Below are positions 58,201 to 64,000 of a DNA stretch of 64,000 nt, one piece after another. This stretch comes from Patescibacteria group bacterium (lineage in GTDB: Bacteria; Patescibacteriota; Patescibacteriia; Patescibacteriales; UBA12465), in NCBI GenBank assembly GCA_049318005.1, contig JBMOHE010000001.1:117995-181994 (forward strand). Reading direction: 5' to 3'. The notes beneath the pieces are model-generated. The model did not search any database. It was not told the origin of the DNA and saw only the letters and a program-made list of their open reading frames with translations. The translations under genes were made by a program, and so were the position numbers. Position 1 is the first letter of the stretch; each line of letters starts with the position of its first letter.

Positions 58201-58664
58201 GCAAGACAACTGGCTCCACTATTACAAAGAGTAAAATTACTATTCGTACAAGTCTGACAAGTATTTGTAGTTGAACAATCAGCTACGTAGGTTAAACAAT
58301 TAGCGATCGGAGATGTTCCGCTATAGGCCGGGACACAACTTGGCGGAGTACTATAGGTTCCGCAAAGTGTGTCCGCGCCATCACTCCTAGTTATACAAGA
58401 CGAGCAAACGCCGCAAGTATCAACCGACGCGCAACCATTTATATTAATTGTTGCTGGAACTAATCCAGTACAAAGACTAGTCGCTAAACATTTAGCAGCA
58501 CCAGATCCAGGAGCGTTGGTACAATACCAATCGTTTCCGCAACCGATACCAGTTCCACTATCATGCTTACATGTATACTCCAAAGCAGCCGCCTGATTAG
58601 AAGCAGCTAAAAAAATACCGAATATCAGCGAGAAAAGAAATAGAGTTGTGCGCTTTGATAACAT
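52293..58664 (-). CDS. Secreted fibre/adhesin-like protein (2123 aa) with C-terminal Cys-rich lectin-like domain
   Basis: Same repeat grammar; ends ANTICS...HVCTSYEIL...WISNGPPGF...NDC...ACCK. Confidence 0.8.
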   Translation of the reverse strand: MLSKRTTLFLFSLIFGIFLAASNQAAALEYTCKHDSGTGIGCGNDWYCTNAPGSGAAKCLATSLCTGLVPATININGCASVDTCGVCSSCITRSDGADTLCGTYSTPPSCVPAYSGTSPIANCLTYVADCSTTNTCQTCTNSNFTLCNSGASCLANRAAGAVTNCASYNQCAANQPCTSCTAGNALCAENDSCKTDVNNCAILLSSGGSCSTNLCSTCKNSNYTKCSSSNICIANKTCPSGQTFDPCAPASNYCTGTANSLKIGYDSLRTDNFLFNSSLALPSLTIPSSGYIGVGITNPNFKLHISSSSDEVINIGGGKIGGLDLTPLNNDQAASKYYVDNNFLSKEASSSLGWLLSGNTLTSDNNWLGSINDWDVSFRTNNIERMRILKGGNIGIGTSTSNNTIIKSGNDNDVLNILYQSSSRVLLSPNAYSAFGTAYGSNGSAGIRLGDGTNFSYLVGNGTNLLLNPVTGNVGIGTTNPLAKLQVEGNIMLAAGSGTLGSGNYRAIGIPYNNTNWTGGGANIQFWQGGNNANSNYMTFNTNDSGVSSGERMRLTETGRLGIGTTAPGAKFEVASSTAKLLFDPSGPSISAPNSTEINLQANGQNIFRGLDNWNQTWSDSVVASYFQVGRSGGNTAFSAYSGSTFNRLAFITNKFQVTNNSGSITPPTNFFQIDYNNTNLFSVQSTGYVGIGSSTPNYKLSFATTTSEVMNLGGGQIGGLASTPTRNDMAVPLGYLKDNYSATSSSFWGGSLGGNIYSANTSNVGVGTTNPKYGLEVQKSNIGIASTTASLDLSNAPGYYFDDASWYYAEGYRLVSSKSDNSFAIQQKAPLLGAINTRLFIKNDGNVGIGTTNPGVKLDVTGSIRTSNQLISTVAAGTAPFSVISSTTVTNLTANYLGFGSVGSAPSSSPFAKLTAGIIVLPEFGAESGAITIRGWNSSYYSWQIIGNNTPWSRPELYFRTGPDGSWGTTFKLWHSGNLTNNLSTSSVVKWNGSSLANSVLYDNGTNIGIGSTTPSVKLSFGTSTVEVINVGGGQIGGLASTPTRSDMAVPLGYLQANYNATSSSFWGGSLGGNIYSANTLNVGIGTTTPASRLQIGSVGSTGYSVSNGLAFGDGTRAGALNVDSSGTTLYSSTNLILSPGTTEALRILANGNVGIGTTTPQAKFHVSGDDEPLSDSYSGVAFIGAGTSKVQIGYSTATTPGYGWISATKNPSTWSNLVLMPNGQGNVGIGTTTPSRLLDVNGIMRISNYYSEYYNNGTYAGKIGAGYWVTTPGNSNDMSLITPGSFYVGTGGNAVPTNFVFKNDGRFGIGSSTPNYKLSFATTTIEVINVGGGQIGGLASVPLNSDQAVSLGYLQANYNPTSTSFWAGNLSGNIYSANTSNVGIGTTTPGARLHIAVPTTGTKLIIDDSYTTNGKWGFAVGIPSVNDTTFRLRHESSNLDVLSALMNGNVGIGTTTPSQLLTVGNNNQFTVSSAGQVSMASYLYGTGSSNVNRFVFNNSGPSYMGISGGSAAGNINSIINLGYTANPSTYLTPVLSVSDNGSVGIGSSTPSIKLSFATTTIEVINVGGGQIGGLASTPTRKDMAVPLGYLEANYTSTSTAVTTSLWGGSQSGNIYSNNGANNVGIGTTTPDVKFQVYGTTGRIATFGSVGASTALATPVNVSFGSTYGNSTPGSVNNLKWDLFTSASSGSRYGIGMSSNLMEFQSGPNGGLGFFVNQGTEAMRILSSGNVGIGTTDIAAKLDVRNLLSTSTPALSLLGGGTYGSGYQMAWGNYSKLSQSSSGMNYITWGAYNDGATWRRSYGGAVAGLVNLQIGNGNYFSIQTDSQASPNLPSWTDVLTVNGTNVGIGTTNPLSQLQVSGVGLASFTGTTKGLQNLEYTENTINHYSAIDFQTSYAQTSFRNPAARVAMKLTPVGSLLQFGTSNSWASGITNTAMTIDYNGYIGIGTTTPDRRLSITGFDGTTGDILTVNGGRIRGLNLTTIYPDEAVSRSFLESYVSEATSTISSVPKFRGVTTQLYTGNMGGYLAANTICSNTVASSSHVCTSYEILNTINSDTLTIATSSMWISNGPPGFTSNSNDCMGWTSTGASDYGAIWHKDATNGQGYGSLTGCYNSRNIACCK

Positions 58665-58702
58665 GTATTTATTTTATAATAAAATATATAAAAACTAATA
58701 TA

Positions 58703-60673
58703 TTAATTACAACAAGCGAGCCCCATAAGCTTATCACAAGTTCGAAGTAGCCCTCTCCCCTTAGTGTATCCTAAATCCGTACCTTCCCAGTATGTTCCAT
58801 AATTAGGAAAGGCTTCAGTTGTTGTATCCAATGTTCTTGCGTCGCAATCATTAGCACTAGTTGTGTATCCCGGAGGACCATTAACTATCCAGGCATTTCC
58901 TTTTGGCATAGTTAATCCAGCCGCAATAGAATTTAACATTTCAAAAGACGTACAAACATGAGCCCCGCTACCATACTGAGTACTGCAAATTGTATTAGCT
59001 CCATCATACCCTCCCTGATTTCCATCATAAGCTAAGGTTGTCGTACCAACATATTTTGAGACACTTGAACTTGAAACGACTGCTTTAGTTGCAAAATTAG
59101 AATCAACGTAATATTTAGAGGTTGCCTGATCATTGTTTAAAGGAGTTAAACTTAGCCCGCCGATTGAGCCCCCTCCAACGTTTATTACTTCCGCGCTGCT
59201 TGAACTAATACTTAATCTAACCGAAGGGCTTGAAGAAGAAATACCAACAAAACCATTTTGATTTATTCTAAAGAAATCTAAAGTGTCGCTATTATTTCTA
59301 ATTACAAATGGGGAGTAATCAATACTACTTACAATTCTTAAACCCTCAGTACTTAATGGAGGGTTGATTTGAAGTTTAGCGGCTGGGGTTGTTGTACCGA
59401 TACCAACGTTGCCGCCGTTAAGATAGCTCCAACCATTGGCGTTTATATACACGTTTGTTAAATTTGAAGCATTTTGTAAAGCTAAAATATCGGCACTTAA
59501 AGCCGAATAATTAGTTCGACTATTAGAAAAATCATAAGTATAAAGATAATTTTTCACTCCACCACCAAACAAATAAGTTGAGCCACTAACTGGGGATATA
59601 CGTAGTTGCCCAGAGGCGTTAGAAATAAAATCTACCGAAGTAGAAGCATTGCCATCGTAAGTTAACCTAATTTTATTATCCGTGCCAGAAATTGTTAATT
59701 TAGCAGCTGGATTAGTCGCTCCAATCCCAATATTTCCGCCCTTAAGAATTCTCATTCTTTCTATGTTGTTTGTTTTAAATAAAAAATCATAATTATTAAT
59801 TGAACCTAACCAGGAAGTATCACTAGTTAAAGTATTCCCCGATAATAACCATCCCAAAGACGAGCTCGCTTCTTTTGATAAAAAGTTATTATCAACATAA
59901 TATTTTGAAGCCGCATGGTCGTTATTAGTCGGCGTTAAAGCTAGTCCTCCAATATAACCCCCTCGAACATCAATAAGCTGATTACTCGAAGAAGCAAATT
60001 GAAATTTATAAGACGGGCTAGTTGTGCCGATTCCAATATAATTATCTGGACTAATATTAAAAGTTGGGATAAAAAATAAACTTTGCTTAACGGTCGCGCC
60101 TGACGTTAATGAACCTGAATCATAATCTAATTTAAGACTTGGAGCCGAGCCTACACATTCACAAGTTGATTCGTTCCATGTTTGATAACTAGCGCAAGTA
60201 ACATTCTGACATTCATAAGCATTAGTATTTGATTTACATAACTTCAAGCTGCCACTACAAGTTTTACATTTTTGATCACCGCAATAATTATAATCCGTAC
60301 AATTAGCAACCGTAATCTGATGAGTAGCTTTTTCCGTACAAGCAGTAGCTGGAGTATTTGGATATGTCGCTGAGCAAAAAGCATAAGTGCTAATACAGGC
60401 AGTACAGGAACCGCAAGCATCAATCGTAGAACAAGGAGAAACAACGCTAATACTATTAGACGGACAAAAAGCTGAAGTCATCACCGCTCCAGTCCTACAA
60501 GTCCCACCGCAATAATATTGCTGAGACGGCTCACTCGCACAAGCAACCGCTGAAGGACTGGCCGTTGGACAATAAGTTAAAGCCTGCGCCGAAGAAGCGG
60601 AGATTACTCCGATGAAAATAAAGATTAAAGATAGGGGAAGTAAAAACTTCTTCATAATAATTATCGACAACAC
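58703..60673 (-). CDS. Secreted fibre/adhesin-like protein (656 aa) with C-terminal Cys-rich lectin-like domain
   Basis: Signal peptide, Cys-rich N-terminus, GIGTT repeats, ends ...GPPGY...ACCN. Confidence 0.8.
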   Translation of the reverse strand: MLSIIIMKKFLLPLSLIFIFIGVISASSAQALTYCPTASPSAVACASEPSQQYYCGGTCRTGAVMTSAFCPSNSISVVSPCSTIDACGSCTACISTYAFCSATYPNTPATACTEKATHQITVANCTDYNYCGDQKCKTCSGSLKLCKSNTNAYECQNVTCASYQTWNESTCECVGSAPSLKLDYDSGSLTSGATVKQSLFFIPTFNISPDNYIGIGTTSPSYKFQFASSSNQLIDVRGGYIGGLALTPTNNDHAASKYYVDNNFLSKEASSSLGWLLSGNTLTSDTSWLGSINNYDFLFKTNNIERMRILKGGNIGIGATNPAAKLTISGTDNKIRLTYDGNASTSVDFISNASGQLRISPVSGSTYLFGGGVKNYLYTYDFSNSRTNYSALSADILALQNASNLTNVYINANGWSYLNGGNVGIGTTTPAAKLQINPPLSTEGLRIVSSIDYSPFVIRNNSDTLDFFRINQNGFVGISSSSPSVRLSISSSSAEVINVGGGSIGGLSLTPLNNDQATSKYYVDSNFATKAVVSSSSVSKYVGTTTLAYDGNQGGYDGANTICSTQYGSGAHVCTSFEMLNSIAAGLTMPKGNAWIVNGPPGYTTSANDCDARTLDTTTEAFPNYGTYWEGTDLGYTKGRGLLRTCDKLMGLACCN

Positions 60674-63117
60674 GCTAACTTAGCGGCTTCATTACAATGT
60701 TTAACTAATCCACGTCCTTCTGGGTATTGGCCGGTAGGTCCCTGCCAAATAGCCCCATAGGTAATGGTTGATTCGTTACTCGTTCTACCATCACAATCAT
60801 TAGCAATTGCTAAATACCCCGGAGGGCCAGTAAATATCCAAACGTCACTAGTAGGAATAGTACTACTCGCAACTAAAACCGTATTTAACATTTCAACTGA
60901 CGAACAAACATGATAGCTTGAAGAAATTGCTTTGCAGAGACCATGAGCAACCGTGTAACCAGTTCCTGCGGCGCCATTGTTACCAGCATAAGACACGGCC
61001 GTTGAAGTTACATATTTTCCTATTCCCGCCCCACTCACACCGCTATTTAAATACGACTCAAGATAAGCTTTATTAACAACATCTTCATCGCTAATAATAG
61101 AGCTTGTCGCAACCCGCATTTTTATTAAACCAAGTACATCAAGTTTTGAAACCGGAGTAGTTGTTCCTATGCCGACATTACCAGCGCCAACCACACCGTT
61201 ATAAATATTTCCGTTAATGGTTCCGTTCCAAAGTGAGGAGCTAGCCAAAGTAACTGTGTTTGAATAATTGCTCTTAAGATAATAAAGTGAAACCGCCTGA
61301 TCATCGTTGACCTGAGTAAGAGAAAGTCCACCAATCTGACCGCCGCCAACGTTAATAACGTCTGCCGTAGTTGAAGAAAGACTTAATTTATAATTTGGGG
61401 TACTTGAGCCGATTCCGACGTTACCGCCACCGCCTAAAATTAACTTTTGGCTAGCTGGAGTTACACTAGTTACGCCATATATTAAAGCCGAGCTTCTCCC
61501 AAGAGCCTCAGTTGTTCTATCTAAACTGTCAATTATTAATGAGTTCGAACCAGTTTCATATCTTCCTGCAGTATGCCCAATAAAAATATTATTAGTTCCG
61601 GTTGTTAAACTTGCGCCAGTAAATGCACCTAATAAAGTATTATAGCCCCCAGTTAATCCGGCAACAGAATTGTAACCAGCTCTATAACCAATTGCTGTGT
61701 TATAAGCTGAATTTGTATTTATTAACTGCAAGGCGTTCGTGCCTAAAGCCGTATTATTCATAACGCCTGTTTTTGCGGATGAATTATAACCAGAAAGATA
61801 ACCAATAAAAATATTGCTACCGCCAGAACTATTTGTTGAGGCATGATAACCAATATTAACAGAAGCTACGCTGACGCCGGTAAATTGTCCGCCATATGTT
61901 CCAATAATTACATTTGCGCCACCGGTAGTCCCGTTGGCAGCTTGATAACCAATAACGGTATTATCATTCGCCACGGTAAAACTTTGACCAGCCGAGGAAC
62001 CGATTAGAGTGCTTCTTCCGCCTGTCGTTACCGCACCACCAGCGCCAATACCAAAATATGTAGCATTAGCATCTAAAGTCATCGCTTTAATACCCCCGAC
62101 CGTAATATTATTTGAGGTGGTATTCGGCTTAAAATATACAATGCCCGATGAACCGCTTAAAGATGAATCGGCAGCCGTATCAACATAAGTTGTATTGATA
62201 TTGTTGGCAATAGTCGTTAATAAATATTCCTCCCATCTTCCCCCGCCTGCTTTTACGCGATATATTTTTCGGCCCGTAACCCGAGAATCACTAGAAACGG
62301 GAATAGTTAAAGTAACAGTATTATTTCCAGCCGTGGTAGTAATTTGTGTCGCCGAATAAACTATGTGTGTCTCACCAAGAGCGGTTATAAAAGTAACTCC
62401 ATACCAATGAGCGCCAGTATCAACTGATCCGCCAGCACTTACTACGCCAGTCGGAGCAATTGGGTCAGGTACGGGATAAATATCAAAACCCATCCCAGAA
62501 CGTACTGCGCTAACAGTAGTAGTTCCTATAACATCTAATTTGTAGACTGGCGCTGTTGTTCCAATTCCAACATTCCCTAGCCCATTACTTCCATTCCAAA
62601 TATTTCCATTTAAAATTCCTCCCCAAAGAGTAGTCGAACTAGCACTATAGTTTGACTGAAGGTAGCCAAGTGAAACTGCTTGATCAATATCAACCGGAAC
62701 AGAAGCAAGCCCACCAAGCTGTCCGCCATTAAGATTAAGAACTTCGCCCGTTCCGCCGTCAATATTTAATCTTATTCCGCCGGTCGTGGTTGTTCCTATT
62801 CCGACATATCCAGAAAAGTTACCAATGAAGTTTGTCGCCCTAATTGTTCCATTAACATCAAGCCTAGTTCCGTCAACCGGAGCAGTCGTATTAATACCGA
62901 CCGGCCCAACTAAACTAACCGGCAACCAGGTATTAACAAAGTCAACGAGTAAGCCATTCCATTCGACCGCTTCTAAAGTTCCGCTATGAGGCTTATCATA
63001 AGTCGAAGTTGAGTTTACCGCTGAGGCATTTTTAGCAGTAAATATAAATAAAAAAGACGCGCAAATAACAAAAGCGCTTAAAATATTTTTTATTTTTTGT
63101 CCTCGTTTAAGGAACAT
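60661..63117 (-). CDS. Secreted fibre/adhesin-like protein (818 aa) with YadA-head-like repeats and C-terminal Cys-rich domain
   Basis: Signal peptide, GIGTT repeats, NxxIGyxAG beta-roll repeats, ends ...GPPGY...ACCR. Confidence 0.8.
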   Translation of the reverse strand: MFLKRGQKIKNILSAFVICASFLFIFTAKNASAVNSTSTYDKPHSGTLEAVEWNGLLVDFVNTWLPVSLVGPVGINTTAPVDGTRLDVNGTIRATNFIGNFSGYVGIGTTTTGGIRLNIDGGTGEVLNLNGGQLGGLASVPVDIDQAVSLGYLQSNYSASSTTLWGGILNGNIWNGSNGLGNVGIGTTAPVYKLDVIGTTTVSAVRSGMGFDIYPVPDPIAPTGVVSAGGSVDTGAHWYGVTFITALGETHIVYSATQITTTAGNNTVTLTIPVSSDSRVTGRKIYRVKAGGGRWEEYLLTTIANNINTTYVDTAADSSLSGSSGIVYFKPNTTSNNITVGGIKAMTLDANATYFGIGAGGAVTTGGRSTLIGSSAGQSFTVANDNTVIGYQAANGTTGGANVIIGTYGGQFTGVSVASVNIGYHASTNSSGGSNIFIGYLSGYNSSAKTGVMNNTALGTNALQLINTNSAYNTAIGYRAGYNSVAGLTGGYNTLLGAFTGASLTTGTNNIFIGHTAGRYETGSNSLIIDSLDRTTEALGRSSALIYGVTSVTPASQKLILGGGGNVGIGSSTPNYKLSLSSTTADVINVGGGQIGGLSLTQVNDDQAVSLYYLKSNYSNTVTLASSSLWNGTINGNIYNGVVGAGNVGIGTTTPVSKLDVLGLIKMRVATSSIISDEDVVNKAYLESYLNSGVSGAGIGKYVTSTAVSYAGNNGAAGTGYTVAHGLCKAISSSYHVCSSVEMLNTVLVASSTIPTSDVWIFTGPPGYLAIANDCDGRTSNESTITYGAIWQGPTGQYPEGRGLVKHCNEAAKLACCR

Positions 63118-63266
63118 TAAATTATATATTTTTCTCGAATTTTTGATTATATTCGGATAAATAAATTATATCATTTTTTTGAATTTGTGCCAAGAAAAAA
63201 ACCGCCTTTTTTAGCGATTTTTTTACTTCCTATTTTAGGCTTATTTTAAGCTTATTATAAGCCTAT

Positions 63267-63671
63267 TTACATCGATAATTGAATGCTTCTTTTTGTCTTA
63301 TTATAAGCTCCGACCGAGTTAAAAAGTATCGGCTTTACTTTGTGCGTATAATATATTTTATAGCTCGCTCCAAAATTTAAAGTTTTATCAAATTCCGTGA
63401 TTGAATTTTCTAGAGAAACCGGCTGATCAGAGTAAGCCCAAGAGTTTTTTCGCATCTCCCAAAGAACTTTTTCCGCTCCTGATTCCGCTGCAAAATAAGC
63501 TCTAGTTGACTGAGACTGAACGCCTGCCGATTTAATTCCTAAAACAACGATATAAGAACCGCTGATAGCCACTATCATCATCCCAGCTAAAATAAACATC
63601 GTTAAAGCTAAGGCGCTTCCCCTTTTATTAACTTTTATTTTATTTAATAATTGTTTAATTATTTTAGTCAT
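63267..63671 (-). CDS. PilX-like minor pilin
   Basis: RG/SALALTMFIL, STRAYFAAESGAEKVL. Confidence 0.8.
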   Translation of the reverse strand: MTKIIKQLLNKIKVNKRGSALALTMFILAGMMIVAISGSYIVVLGIKSAGVQSQSTRAYFAAESGAEKVLWEMRKNSWAYSDQPVSLENSITEFDKTLNFGASYKIYYTHKVKPILFNSVGAYNKTKRSIQLSM

Positions 63672-63672
63672 T

Positions 63673-64000
63673 TTATTTATAATATCTCGACGTCACGCTA
63701 GTCTGCAAAGTCATATCTGACTCAAACTGAGTATTGCCAATAGAGCTAGCGTTCAAATTAATCGTTATCATTGGCTGAGTAGTCGAAGAATTACTACTAG
63801 GAATAAAATGGAGGTCATTAATTTTAATTTTTTCTGGGGAAATAAAGTCAACTCGCAGTGCGCTCGCTGGTGCTTGGCGAGAAATCTGAAAACGTTTAAT
63901 CCCATTATCATCGGCTAAATAATATTTAACACATTCCCCATAATAGTTTTTAAAAGATAGAATATCGCCCTCATCTTCTTCGGTAATAAAAAATATTGAA
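63673..64000 (-). CDS. C-terminal part of a probable PilW-like minor pilin (5' end outside the window)
   Basis: Open frame ending TQPMITINLNA...MTLQTSVTSRYYK*, immediately upstream of the PilX-like gene. Confidence 0.6.
   Translation of the reverse strand, partial: SIFFITEEDEGDILSFKNYYGECVKYYLADDNGIKRFQISRQAPASALRVDFISPEKIKINDLHFIPSSNSSTTQPMITINLNASSIGNTQFESDMTLQTSVTSRYYK

Noticed and set aside
1506-62989. Numerous short ORF-track entries antisense to or nested in long genes (e.g. 7489, 10004, 17621, 26300, 37811, 57881)
   Set aside because: They are fully overlapped by well-supported genes and lack motifs, as expected of shadow frames.
39052-63117. Prophage tail-fibre region
   Set aside because: The proteins carry Sec signal peptides, and no capsid, terminase, portal or integrase genes are present.

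Overview
AT-rich bacterial chromosome segment, genetic code 11, with most genes on the - strand. Gene content and expression signals (many type IV pilins, two PilB ATPases, extended -10 promoters close to start codons, few Shine-Dalgarno sequences) suggest a Patescibacteria/CPR (Parcubacteria-like) genome; this is an inference. Ordinary content: two type IV pilus loci plus the edge of a third, metK behind a SAM-I riboswitch, VIT1, patatin, ABC-F, a two-component cluster, a NUDIX hydrolase, tRNA-Ser(GGA), gatA/gatC and ligA. Three things stand out. (1) At 27960-32421 a promoter drives a ~300-nt highly structured non-coding RNA (20-bp terminal stem, two tandem 33-nt hairpins) directly into a coupled operon. 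The operon encodes a group II intron-like reverse transcriptase with a VGDD active site, a degenerate ABC-exporter-like membrane protein and a membrane-anchored double-HKD phospholipase D/nuclease. I do not recognise this combination as a described retron, DGR or DRT system. (2) Two homologous non-coding cassettes flank gatC. Each holds a compact non-canonical tRNA-like cloverleaf (G3.U70 alanine-type acceptor, Leu-like anticodon loop) followed by a separately promoted small RNA whose 5' end is complementary to its own cognate cloverleaf. (3) A ~24-kb array of six large secreted fibre/adhesin-like genes is built from shuffled shared modules. All calls are by eye, without database searches.
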